From Oopsacas minuta (Eukaryota > Animalia > Porifera), in assembly GCA_024704765.1 (NCBI GenBank), contig JAKMXF010000049.1, positions 13,882 to 36,250 on the forward strand: a DNA stretch of 22,369 nucleotides, read 5' to 3'. The notes beneath the pieces were generated by a model, which had not been told where the DNA came from, ran no database searches, and was given only the letters and a program-made list of their open reading frames with translations. Every line of letters starts with the position of its first letter. Within the stretch, counting starts at the first letter, position 1. Shown here one piece after another: positions 1 through 10,677 of this stretch. Position numbers and translations under genes: made by a program.

Positions 1-1484
1 TATCATGCCAGCTCTGTACTTTCTGAGTGCCCTCCAGCCTTCTTGACGGAGCTTTTCAGTATTTCGCGCTTTCCTACAGTACTCATCGCCCGCATAGAAG
101 TATTAAACTGGAGTCTTACCGTACGTGTCTACTCGGTCCAGGCAGTCAGCATGAAATGGATCCAGTTTACAATGGCTGCAACTCACAGTGCAGTTGCCAT
201 CATCTATTACACAGACTGGACAGAGAGGATAGTCAGTGAAGTAGGTGTCAGATGCGTAGGGAATAGGAAATGACGGTGGTAGAGGTGGGTGGGATGGATC
301 AGAGGGTATCGGCTCGGGCTGGCAAGAGGTAATGTTAATATAAAGTGTAGCTTGTGTTCCGATCAGCGAGGGTACAGGAAAGTTGTAGGAATCGTCATCA
401 GGATCGTAGGCAAACACAGATGAAGTTGGTCTTAGGGTCGTCAGGAGATCGTTCGTATTAGTGTCGTCCGCTGGCGTGTCCCCCTGCTCCTGAGAGGGAG
501 CGAAAGATGGGTAGGTACTGAAATCGTGGGAAGAGCAAAGCTGCGGTAGAGCAGTATCAGTGAGTGTGGCGCTCGCTGCAATATCTATTTCATCAGTAGG
601 TTCCTGTAGGGAAAGAGAGGTTAACAACATAAGTGTATGCGGAGTATGAGCATACTCGGTAACCTGTCTGGTAGCTAGCGCCTGTTCCAGTTGGTCCTCA
701 TCATCAAGGGTGTTAAGTACCTCGCTTGGCAGTAGCATATCCACACTGAGGTCAGGTGGCGTTCTCCCAATGTGTCCAAAGAGTGTTGCCTTAATACCCG
801 AGTGGTATGCGTTATTCTTGCTATACTGAACAAATTGTAACTCACTTCACCACTCATTGGTCTCTTTACCCGTATCCATGAGACGGGCGAATAATTGCTT
901 CTTGAAATCACCATCAGATCGCTCCACACATCCTTGGTCCTGTGAGTGTTTTAGCCTCCCTGCACCAGGTGTGTACTTGTCCAGAGTCTGCGCACGGCAG
1001 TGAATAGATGCTTGTTAACGAACCCTCTCCCATTATCCGTGTACAAGATGTGTGGGGGGGGGCCATCCTCACAGAAGATCTGCACCAGATGTTCAGCCAC
1101 CTCGACCGCTCGCTTGGATTTGAGAGGCCTCAGGATGGCGAACTTGCTGAAGCAGTCCTGATAGTTGAGGATGTACTGATAGTCTTTGTCTGGGCATATC
1201 TGCATACCCACAAGGTCAGCCTGCCCATGCAGCCCAACATTCTCGGCCATGATAGGTCTGTGGATGACTTTCAGTGTAGATTTCCTATCCTTGTTAATAG
1301 GAAAATGGCACAAAGGCGTACGAAGAGGACAATGAAATACTCGTATATCTTGTCTCGTCCCCCATGACTAAGCTCTTGATGTGCGACCACTAACCTATTC
1401 CACAGGCCTTCCTCAGCCACTACGCGTAACTTTCTCCGTGTAGTCCCCCGGAACTCACCCCCTTTCACGCATAGGACCTTTACA
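1..1484 (-). pseudogene. Degenerate rve/DDE integrase of Ginger2/TDD (KRBA2/SCAND3-like) type, with an acidic/Pro-rich linker and a Cys/His finger downstream; truncated by the gap at 1485 and the window edge
   Basis: Stitched minus-strand frames give AHQELSHGGRDK (Zn-binding region), GQADLVGM (D), YQDCFSKF, ILYTDNGRGF (D) and, after a 1-nt deletion near 960, GRLKHSQDQGCVERS (E). There is an in-frame TGA near 847. The 103-744 ORF carries CPVC..CSHC..FHADC, and the frame continues past the TAA at 103-105. Confidence 0.85.
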
Positions 1485-1485
1485 N
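1485..1485. other. Single N, probable assembly gap placeholder
   Basis: The sequence switches abruptly from Transib coding sequence to integrase coding sequence exactly at the N. Confidence 0.8.
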
Positions 1486-3269
1486 GGATTGAAGAATAAG
1501 GAGATAGGTGTCTGTACAAAGGTTACCCAATTTTCTGTATTGATTTTTCTGTCTGAATTTATGATTCTCAGAATGACAGATAATTGTGTGTGCAATTTAC
1601 AAAGTGAGTCCCTATGATCAATCTTAACCAAAGACATTAAGATTCAATAAACTTGGAATCATTTGAAAAAGCTCTTCGAGCCACATCACCAGTGGAAGTA
1701 GTACCTCCTTTGGGATCTGGTTGGTCAATTCTTAAACCTGTTACTTCTTGAACTATGGTTCGCACATCCATCATTGAGTCTTTAATTTCTTTTGATGATG
1801 GTGACCATGTGAGCTTGTTACAATTCAGGTGGTACACAAGTAATTAAACCATCTAAAAATGCACATATAGGAATGTAAGGGAGAAGCAGGTAGAATATCT
1901 ATTGTTGATGATGGTTGGTGAGTCAGGTTAAATCTTTGATTTGTTGGTAATGAAAGAAAGCATCAATGTCTTCCAGTTCTCCAAATAATTCGATGGCGTC
2001 TGAAATGTTTCTATTGATGGAATAGCCTTGCAAAATTAAATCACGATCTTTTAGTTCTTTCTGCGTTGCAGTACATAGTTGGCACCTCGCACCTCCTGCT
2101 CCTGAGAGAATACTTGCCATTTTACCATTAAGCATTGATCGGACAACATCGACAAATATATGTTTATCATCGGCAAAATAGAAACCTTGGTCCTTCATTT
2201 GATCTGTTTCGGGATTAATGATATCTTTCATAAATTGGTGAATATTGTCATGATTTTTTGTGGCAGCAAGAAGGAAATTTGGACTTTGGGAGAATGGAGA
2301 ATTCGATCAGTTGTTTTTCCAAAGTTCCTTTCCACTAGAATTGACAATGTGTATTGCTTTGAAGCAAAATAGGATGAACGATTGGTAGACTTATTCGTAT
2401 TTGGTTAATTATATATGGTATGCTTTCTAGATCCATCTAAGCCATCAGCAATCTGAAATCGAAGAGGAAAATCATCATTTGAAGGGGACGGTAGAGTGGA
2501 CATAATTCTACAAAATGTATGGTAGACAAATTGAGCGTATGGCGCACACACACACCAACTGGGGCTGTAGGATTCGGGTATGGTTGAATCATACTTCGTA
2601 GTACTAAATTATTTCTATGATCAGCCACCCTCTGATATGTAGGAAAGTGAATTTCATTAGATAACAAAAGTTGTCGGAGTAGAGTATACTTCCTCTTGCC
2701 AATCTCTAGTAGATCCAAAAGAAATAATGCCTTGTCCACATTCAATTCTTTGCTTTTAGATGCACGCCCGAATTGACCAGAGAATTTTTCCTGCACAATT
2801 AATTTAGATACCCTTGCAACTTCTCGATTGTCTTCTTCATTGCACAACAATTGCAAAGCAAGAGCTACAATTGTAATTTCAGAATTTTTTTCGATTACCG
2901 AGATGGACCTGATAGACTCAAGGACACTAGAGATGCGGGAACGCTGATGTTGCAATGAAAGATTGATAAGTTCTTTCTTTTGGCGCACCGACTTAGTTTT
3001 TTTGGGGGCTTGTGAAGCTATAAATAATGAGCAAATTTCAGAATGCCACCAATCCCCATGCAAAGATTCAAGTGATATTTTTGAAGTTCTAATCATATCT
3101 CGTATTCTACGTAGAATCAATTCCAGTTTAGCCTGCTTGGCATCGTCTAATTCATGAAGATCGCTAAGATAACCGAGAGTTGTTTGGACGCAATTGCCAT
3201 TTGCTTTCAGGATTCTCGCTAAATCGAGACGGGATTCGGGGAAGTTATCGGAACAAGTGGTTCAGCCAT
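1486..3269 (-). pseudogene. Transib/RAG1-like DDE transposase pseudogene (N-terminus to just before the HxxLAH motif)
   Basis: Stitched frames: ATG at 3269; NBD-like RQKKELINLSLQHQRSRISSV; LDLLEIGKRKYTLLRQLL..FPTYQRV; IADGLDGS (first catalytic D, 2435-2437); LWKNN*SNSPFS; RSMLNGK (second catalytic D changed to N, AAT at 2127-2129); CQLC; SPLHSY; IDQPDPKGGTTSTGDVARRAF; VILRIINSDRKIN. At least 5 frameshifts plus in-frame stops. Confidence 0.9.
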
Positions 3270-3958
3270 TGATCACGGATAAATTATCTATGAGAAAATA
3301 AAGATGTATGATTGAAAACATAAGTAGACGTATATACACACGTATATATGTTTAATTTTGTGCAGTAATTTCCAAGAAGTATTAGGATTAGACTGGTAAT
3401 CAATTACATAGTTACAGATATCACTTTAGGAATTTCCATAGCAACGATTACAAACAATGAAATGCGACCAAAAAATCAAAGTTGCGCATTGTTTCGGGGC
3501 CTGTCATCTTCATATAACATAGCATAAATTGTAAACAACAACCGGTATTATTTTCGCTTGGACGTTCCTTCACTTTTTTCAGACACTTTCAAAATTTTAT
3601 GCATGGAATAATGGGATTCATTTTTTACCCTGGGTACAACAATCCTTCACATGAAAAGTACACAGTTTAGAATATATCTGATACAAAATTTGAAATCAGC
3701 ATGCAAAATTGTCTAGAATAGATGAAACAATAGATCGCTAATATATTCTATAAAGAACCAGAATCAATGTGCAAATCTTTTATATTTTGAATTTTCCGAA
3801 ACGATAATTTCAGGATCAAAAACCACAAAGTTTCGATTCAAATTTACATAACTAATAGGCTCCCAAATGATTCGAAAATTGGAATGGGTGCTACTTGAAT
3901 GTTTAGAAACACAATGAAAGCATGAAGGAATGAAAGCATTACTAGAAAAAATTTCTTA

Positions 3959-3982
3959 ATTCTTTACTACTAAGCCACTGTG
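3959..3982 (-). repeat. 5' terminal inverted repeat of Transib copy A: heptamer + 8-bp spacer + 9-mer
   Basis: Minus strand reads CACAGTG gcttagta GTAAAGAAT. Confidence 0.8.
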
Positions 3983-4437
3983 TGGAAGACGATCTACGTT
4001 GTACGCTGTTAAAACTACACCTTCGATTAACAATCTGGTCAGGAAAAACAGTGCCAAGTATCACACTAGCTGACTAATATATTCAAAGCGATTAAGTATT
4101 GCACATATTATACATTCTCTTTGCGTAGTTAGTATATCGTATTGTAGGCATTATCATGACCATAGTGTGTTGTTAAAAATAAAATTTTCATACCTAGTTC
4201 AATATTTTTGGGATGCTTAGAAATACAAGGGGAAATTCTTGATTGGTACCCCGAAAGAACAAATGGTTCAAATAAGGTTAAGAGCCACTGATATAGAGTT
4301 ACCTCAAGCAACATTGCTTAGGGTTAATTGACTGGACAGCCAAGATTCCAAACCAAGAATTAAAACACCCTGTAAAATGAATGATCATTTCTACAAAGAC
4401 TCTCTATATATATATAAGTACAAGTTAAGAACGTTTC

Positions 4438-7400
4438 TCAAATAGTTGAATATTGCTTCAAGAATATCTCTACACAATCAGAAAGTTCTTCACCAAAACA
4501 CATCCAAACTTGCACCAGATCGTATTTAGAGATGATATATATGCTTCCAACTAAACTTTTATAGATGTCAGATAGTACCTTCTGAGATTCATGCACTGTA
4601 TCTTCAATAAATATCTTACCAGAAATGCATTGTGAAACCAGAGACAATTGCTTTTGAAAGAATGCCTGCTCATTAATATTTTTAACGAAATGAATGAATA
4701 CGTCAATACCTGTATGTAACTGTGGATTAGTTAGTAATATTTCTTTATGGAATTCATGTTTAATACATATTCTTGCGAGGTTAATATTCAGGAGTACGCA
4801 AGTTTTTATGATATGTAGGTCTTTAGGCAGGTAATAATCAGGTGCATGAGTCATTAAGTAAGAAGCAATCAAATAATTTACTATTGCATCGCCTAGGAAC
4901 ATTAGTCTGTGATAACTTGGTGTAAATGAGTTCATAATATATGAATCATGAGTCAGTGCTTGTACAAGAGTATAAATATCTTTCTGACTCATTTCATAGA
5001 AATAGTTGAGTTTTTCCACAGCGAATAATATATGAGTGTTATGAAAATATTTTAAATAGTTCTTATAGGTTTCCAAACTCCAGTAATTTGGCCGATAATA
5101 CTTCGAATAAATATAGTTAATACAATGTTTTCCCTGTAGATAAAAATAAAATGGGTTTTCTTTAAAGTGATCTGGATCATATACATAGTTAGTAGAAATA
5201 TTCTCAATTAATTCTGGCTCAATCTCTCGGATTACAGACAAAGAATCGAATCGGTAGAGGAACACTATAAGGCTAGATAAGCCACTATTAGAGATAATTA
5301 CAGCTAATAAAGCTTCAAAAGAATCTGCAATAGACTTGTCACTTAGTTCTTGATGTGTGTAAATAGAGGGTGAGAGGGTTTTTATAGGGCTATCAAACGT
5401 AGAAAAGTCAATATCACAGGCACGAGTGTCTTTGCTAACAGTATCATTTAATTGCATGGTCTCTTTAATATTTGTGACAATAAATCCAGGAGGATACCAG
5501 TTAGTTCTAGGATTAAACTCTCGACCAGATATATATTGAGGGAGGTGTATCTCTTGTTCAAGAGAAAGTTTGAAAAGGAGACTATTTTTTACACGATTAG
5601 ATAAAATGCATGATAATACGCCTTGATTTTCATTTGGAAACATCAAAAATAAATGATTCACAACTATAAAGCCTAAACAAACATCGCCGAAGAATTCCTG
5701 TCTCTCCAAGTTAAATCCCTCCTCAGTCCTTTTCAAAGTTAATGCAGTAAGACACGATAATATGGGAAGCTTTAGTTTCAATTTATCGCATAATTCTTGT
5801 GTGAGTAGAAATGCTTCAATTCTACGACATACCGAAGGTATAGCTTGATACTCGGGTGTTAGTGTCCCAAGGAGAGGAACTGGCGATAAGAGCTCTGGAA
5901 AAGAAAGAGATTCCTGGTTTTGCTTATCCATTTTCGTTTGTAATCCTAAATTTGATTCATATCTTTTCAATCTATTCAGTATTATGTTGGGGAAAGGTTC
6001 CAGTATTAATGAAACTTGGTTGGTGTTTGTTAGCTGTACATGGTGGAATTTCTTGAAATATTCTGTATAACTAGATGCATTAGATTTATCTGGTGGCAGA
6101 GAGTCTATATGTATCAGTGGATCTGAATCAATTACGTGGAAATAATTTGTCTTATCAGTAAAGCTGTTTGAAGTGTAATTTTTCTTAACAATCATCCCTA
6201 TATAATAATTAGCATCTTGATTTTCCCTGAATCTTTCAGTCAAAAAAGGCCAGTTTTTCAAAGTTTTCAGTATCTTAAAATCAATACTTGTGGTGTAGGA
6301 ACATATGCCAGATCTGTTTACACAATTAATTTGCGTCGGCACGATTAAATATCTTTTATCCGACTGACTGTAGTCATATTCAACCGAACCCTTATTCCCC
6401 AGGGTAAATCGAAACATTGTAGAGTTAAAAAGGTGCACATCTTGGAGTTCAGATTCTGATAAAGTAACCGTGAGTGGTTCTAGGAACTCAACTGTTGATT
6501 TGACATAGTTTATTCGTTTGTTATTGTTATTCAATACTATACTTGGGAACTTGTGAAGATTGAGCATACTTTCGGAAAGAAGAGCGAACGATTTTATTGA
6601 ACGACTTATGTTAGAATTATGTCCATCTTCTGTTAGATAATAAGATTGCATATATATCTTCTGATTTGATTGAATTGGACTGCCCAAACAATCTGCTACC
6701 TTTATTTGGTATAATTGAATCTCTTGCTCATCTGGATGTCGACTAAAAGACATATAATTTTCGCACTGTTTGATCCATCTTATTTTTGGTGTCATATTTT
6801 CATTCAGTTCTCCCTTTTCATATAATTCTTTACAAACTTCACATGCTGCAAGTCTTTTAGCGCTTAGTTTTGAATTTGACCACATATCAGATAAACTAAT
6901 ATAATTTACCATAAATGAGGATTTAGGTAACAATATATCGTATTTATATTCAAAATGCAGATCACCAGTGAAATAACTGACCTCCTTTCTAGATTCACAT
7001 TTGTAAATTGGTTTATAGTTGGTGTACAAATCAGAATCTCTCGCACCAACTAGAAACTGACAATACCTTTCTAATATAGGTATTGCATTTAACGTGGTGA
7101 GGGGTCCACATAAATTGTTCCTGTACATATCTGTATCACAATTATCTGAATCTATATGCAAGTCTATTGGTATAAAGTCACTTAAAATTATTTCTCTATA
7201 AAGAATTCCAAATTTCACATACGATTGTATTTCAGATGAGACTTTGTGTTGTTCATCTTGTTTAGATAAACATAAATATATGCCACCGTTATCTCTAATT
7301 ATGCTTTGAGATAGAGTGAAGAATGCGAAATCCGTTATTCGATTGAACACTATAACTGCATCGCAGATAGGTAGATCGACGGTATTTAACAGATCGTCAT

Positions 7401-8994
7401 CTGTGATGAGAAGATTAAGTTCTTTAACTCGAAACTTTTCAATTATGGTGTAATAATCGCCTTGTGTAGAGTGATAGAGAGAGCAGTAGGAATCGGGGCT
7501 CAAGAGGTGTTCTACCTTGAAGCATTCATAATCACGATATTGATTAGAAAGTACCTTCAAATATTCAGAAATTATGTACGCCGTTGTCTTGTTGTTAATG
7601 ATGATAATTGCATTGAATCGTTTTTCATAGCACCGTAGTTTTAATTCATTAATAAAAATAGAAAATTTTGTAGAAATATCATTCATCGTTGGTTCTTTGA
7701 TTTTCAGAATTTGATATGTGTAATATTGAAGAATTGACGTCAGGTTTATAATAGCTGATACAATAATTTGGTTTTGGAAATCTGTGTAAACATGCTTTAA
7801 CATTTGTAAATAATTCATGCATATAGTAAAACTACCCCAATATCCAATTTCTCTTATTATGGAATATATATCTGTTGAAATTGAAATCAACATATCTAAA
7901 TCAAAAATTATTAATCGAGGACTATAAATACTTCCATTGACTTTTTTTGAATTAAGTTCATTTAATAGCTCTTGTCTTATTGAAATTGAATGAGAGTTAA
8001 TTCCTCTCAAAAATGATATATACTCGTTCAATTTCTCTTCTAAATAGAGATGTAATCCACTCGCATCTTCCTTTGAATAAGGTAGGATTAGATATATTGG
8101 CTGTTTCAGGGATCTACTAGATTCTAATAGTTTCTGGCTAGTTATTATTCGTGAATTAAATTGTGATGATAAGTTTAATAAATAGTCTCGTACTATTTTA
8201 CTGTTTGGATTTGAAATGACACCTTTGAACAGGCAAAAGGATAAGCCCAATATTCGTGGGATCACCCTCTTAGGAATATCAATTTTGGCTTGTTTATACA
8301 AATCTATTATTCTATTATTTTCATCAGTATAGTTGTAATAAACATCATCAAATACAATCAAATTAAAGTCTGATATAAATAAGTGAGACTTAAGAAGGTC
8401 GTATAGTACTTGTTGTGTCGTAATAAAAACATGTGCCATCTCCATTACGTTCTCAAACCTCTCTAAGTTCCAACTTAAGACTGATCCTGATATTATCATT
8501 GTTTTTAACATCTTCGGCAAATACTCACACAAGTAATAATGATAATGGCTGAGTAATTTTGGTGTACAAACAACTACTGAGCGACGAAAATTACTTCTAT
8601 CCAAAGGTGAACAACAATCCAATTTATCTTGGAAAAATCGCCCTAAAATTTCTTGACACAAGGCTCTGATTACTAATACTGTGGTAAACATTCGTTTTAC
8701 AAATCTGTCTAGAAATAAGATAGAATTCGATGTTAGAATCTCTTCAACGAGTAAAGTTTGATGATAACTCTGATCAGTAGCTGTATTTTCCACATGTCTA
8801 TGCAATTTCGAAGCTTTAAGATCTATGTTTTGCGGAATAATTTCGTCTAAATTGTTCAGGTTATTCTCGAATTCATCAGGGCTAGATAACCGATCCATTG
8901 ATATCAATCCGCCAGATTTCTCGAATACCTTGATATCTGAATGTATTTCAGCCTCCCAATCTTCTGTGGGTGAAAAACATGGAACATTTTCCAT
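4438..8994 (-). CDS. DICER1: Dicer-family endoribonuclease, 1518 aa, single exon: degenerate DExH helicase, DUF283, platform, PAZ, RNase IIIa (intact), RNase IIIb (catalytically altered), no C-terminal dsRBD
   Basis: Uninterrupted ORF. The first ATG is at 8994 (the ORF track starts at a GTG at 9036; in-frame TGA at 9058-9060). Motifs: DFNLIVFDD, PRILGLS, NAIPILERYC..LP..AKRLAACEVCKELYEKGELNE (DUF283), SYTEYFKKFHHVQLTNTNQ (PAZ), FPEL..AIPSVCRRIE (connector), GFNLERQEFFGD, FNPRTNWYPPG, DKSIADSFEALL (RNase IIIa), QALTHDSY..YHRLMFLGDAI, KVLSDIYKSLVGSIY (RNase IIIb). The symbol marks the family; orthology is not established. Confidence 0.96.
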   Translation of the reverse strand: MENVPCFSPTEDWEAEIHSDIKVFEKSGGLISMDRLSSPDEFENNLNNLDEIIPQNIDLKASKLHRHVENTATDQSYHQTLLVEEILTSNSILFLDRFVKRMFTTVLVIRALCQEILGRFFQDKLDCCSPLDRSNFRRSVVVCTPKLLSHYHYYLCEYLPKMLKTMIISGSVLSWNLERFENVMEMAHVFITTQQVLYDLLKSHLFISDFNLIVFDDVYYNYTDENNRIIDLYKQAKIDIPKRVIPRILGLSFCLFKGVISNPNSKIVRDYLLNLSSQFNSRIITSQKLLESSRSLKQPIYLILPYSKEDASGLHLYLEEKLNEYISFLRGINSHSISIRQELLNELNSKKVNGSIYSPRLIIFDLDMLISISTDIYSIIREIGYWGSFTICMNYLQMLKHVYTDFQNQIIVSAIINLTSILQYYTYQILKIKEPTMNDISTKFSIFINELKLRCYEKRFNAIIIINNKTTAYIISEYLKVLSNQYRDYECFKVEHLLSPDSYCSLYHSTQGDYYTIIEKFRVKELNLLITDDDLLNTVDLPICDAVIVFNRITDFAFFTLSQSIIRDNGGIYLCLSKQDEQHKVSSEIQSYVKFGILYREIILSDFIPIDLHIDSDNCDTDMYRNNLCGPLTTLNAIPILERYCQFLVGARDSDLYTNYKPIYKCESRKEVSYFTGDLHFEYKYDILLPKSSFMVNYISLSDMWSNSKLSAKRLAACEVCKELYEKGELNENMTPKIRWIKQCENYMSFSRHPDEQEIQLYQIKVADCLGSPIQSNQKIYMQSYYLTEDGHNSNISRSIKSFALLSESMLNLHKFPSIVLNNNNKRINYVKSTVEFLEPLTVTLSESELQDVHLFNSTMFRFTLGNKGSVEYDYSQSDKRYLIVPTQINCVNRSGICSYTTSIDFKILKTLKNWPFLTERFRENQDANYYIGMIVKKNYTSNSFTDKTNYFHVIDSDPLIHIDSLPPDKSNASSYTEYFKKFHHVQLTNTNQVSLILEPFPNIILNRLKRYESNLGLQTKMDKQNQESLSFPELLSPVPLLGTLTPEYQAIPSVCRRIEAFLLTQELCDKLKLKLPILSCLTALTLKRTEEGFNLERQEFFGDVCLGFIVVNHLFLMFPNENQGVLSCILSNRVKNSLLFKLSLEQEIHLPQYISGREFNPRTNWYPPGFIVTNIKETMQLNDTVSKDTRACDIDFSTFDSPIKTLSPSIYTHQELSDKSIADSFEALLAVIISNSGLSSLIVFLYRFDSLSVIREIEPELIENISTNYVYDPDHFKENPFYFYLQGKHCINYIYSKYYRPNYWSLETYKNYLKYFHNTHILFAVEKLNYFYEMSQKDIYTLVQALTHDSYIMNSFTPSYHRLMFLGDAIVNYLIASYLMTHAPDYYLPKDLHIIKTCVLLNINLARICIKHEFHKEILLTNPQLHTGIDVFIHFVKNINEQAFFQKQLSLVSQCISGKIFIEDTVHESQKVLSDIYKSLVGSIYIISKYDLVQVWMCFGEELSDCVEIFLKQYSTI

Positions 8995-9150
8995 TACTTT
9001 AACTGCTCGGACAATTTGTTCTATAAATACTAACACCGTTATGAGAACTTGCTTTATTCAGTAATAACATTAAAGTTATCAAGGGTGTGAATATTGACAA
9101 AATTGTGCCATCAATGGTTACAAAGTAGAAATAATTGGTCTAAGACCACT

Positions 9151-9267
9151 TATGGCCGGCCATATCTGATTTCAGGGCCAGGTAAAACGTTACAGGACAT
9201 CGATATAAAATTTTGGTTGTAGAGTTAATTAATTCTATTAATTCTGCAGCGAAGTGTCCGCCATTCA
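9151..9267 (-). promoter_or_regulatory. Possible Dicer proximal promoter/5' UTR elements
   Basis: Perfect 14-bp palindrome TATGGCCGGCCATA at 9151-9164 and a YY1-like AATGGCGG on the sense (minus) strand near 9258-9266, 160-270 bp upstream of the ATG. Supported only by position and motif resemblance. Confidence 0.2.
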
Positions 9268-9555
9268 TATGTATTCAGTCGAAACCGGTTTCTTACTACC
9301 TCTCTGATCTGCAGGAAAACTTAGCAAGAATTAATTGATGGAAATGTATATAATTCCTACATTATTTACAATCTGAGGATGAAAAAATAGTAACAAAAAT
9401 CACAAATCACCGTCTGTGCCGAAGTAATTTTCCCTTAGGCAACAGGATTCAAAGTTTTGGTATACCACATGTTTGTTGAGAGAAAGTCTCTACCTATATT
9501 TAAAAATTTGAAAAATTTGTTTACTTATATTCTTAAATCAACAATATATAAATAA

Positions 9556-9732
9556 ATGGGAAACTTGAAAATGTGAAATTCGGATTCAGTGCTCTCAAAT
9601 ATCCATGTATAGCCGTTAAGAGCAAGTCCCTAAGTATATTTTGATATTTCAATTATTTGTTCATTGTATATTTATAAAATAGTAATAAATTTACTCATGA
9701 GAAACTTGAAAATACGAAATTCGGAATCAGCG
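9556..9732 (+). repeat. Two diverged 36-bp direct repeats 141 bp apart
   Basis: ATGGGAAACTTGAAAATGTGAAATTCGGATTCAGTG (9556-9591) and ATGAGAAACTTGAAAATACGAAATTCGGAATCAGCG (9697-9732). Confidence 0.7.
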
Positions 9733-9967
9733 TACTTGATTATCCTTATATGTCTGTTGAGCCCATGATAAAATGTTGAAACCTAATCTTTAGCATTCTT
9801 TTGAAATTTATATAGAAATGTATGGAAATATGATTAATCACATAAAAGGTGTGAAAATATACACATCAGAATTGTAAATGTCAGGTGCACAACTAGATGT
9901 CACTACGAGTATTCATGGCAAATTTCGAGTATTAATCTAAGAATGTGTTATAGGAGAGCGAAAACAT

Positions 9968-10675
9968 CAGGGCCGGATTAGTTTATATGCCAAATATACC
10001 ATGGCCTAGGGCCTCACAGCCCCCACCAATTCGACGAAAAAATAGCTTAGCATAGCAGCTCAATCCCCACACTGCATTTGTTGTTTGCTCACAAAGTGTA
10101 GTCATTTTGAATGCAAACGCCACAAAAATCAATCTTAGTTGAATGACAAGGGAGTTAATATGAAAACATCGAAACAATGTCTATATCCAGTATATTCGAT
10201 TTTTAAGCTTTATTTCTGAGTTCCACCAAGCCTAGCAGTGAATAAAGTTATCTTATATATTAAAACTCAATGGTTTTTATTGTTGTTTTAAAATTTCCAC
10301 TTGATTAGTTAATTCAATTCAAAATGAAAGGGGCCGAAGTGTGCTGCTATGACATTTGCCAATGTGGTTTATGATTATAGACTTATACAGGGCCGTAGGA
10401 GCCGGTGCGGCAGGTGCGGGCGCTCGCCGCACCAATAATTTTTACTTCCTACGTCCCTGTTACAGTATATTTTCTAAATGTATAATACATGATGCTCAAT
10501 ATATGGTATTTTGTCAATTACATATAGGCTTTCAGTTGATATATATTAAGCGAGGCCAGTGAGGGAGGTATAAGCCTCTTTAAATGCTTGCTAATTTGAG
10601 CAGGAATTATAGAGAGGGCCTCATAGTATACTTGCCTTAGGGGCTAGGGCCCCATTGAGTGCTAATCCAAATCTG
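9968..10675. mobile_element. Old CAGGG-ended MITE (hAT-like)
   Basis: Left end CAGGGCCGGATTAG; decayed right end CTAATCCAAATCTG; GCCTAGGGCC-type subterminal motifs at both ends; no matching TSD. Confidence 0.4.
10388..10459. mobile_element. 72-bp mini-MITE nested in the 9968 element
   Basis: CAGGGCCGTAGGA ... TCCTACGTCCCTG (12/13 inverted match) around a GC-rich core; no TSD seen. Confidence 0.6.
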
Positions 10676-10677
10676 TC

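Larger units (their letters stand above)
1486..3982 (-). mobile_element. RAG1-like/Transib element, copy A (5' portion, 3' end lost at the gap)
   Basis: Terminus CACAGTGGCTTA reads leftward from 3982, about 700 bp upstream of a degenerate Transib/RAG1-type transposase on the same strand. Confidence 0.85.

Noticed and set aside
1271-1637. Apparent Transib-integrase fusion or nested insertion (ORFs 1271-1519 and 1455-1637 run across the junction)
   Set aside because: The junction is exactly the N at 1485, which behaves as an assembly gap, so the chimeric ORFs are artefacts.
8995-9036. 14-aa N-terminal extension of Dicer in the ORF track
   Set aside because: It depends on a GTG start. The first ATG at 8994 has a purine at -3 and G at +4, which fits a eukaryotic start.
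5856-9064. Short plus-strand ORFs antisense to Dicer (5856-6056, 8825-9064)
   Set aside because: They are short, have no recognisable motifs, and are expected by chance opposite a long coding frame.
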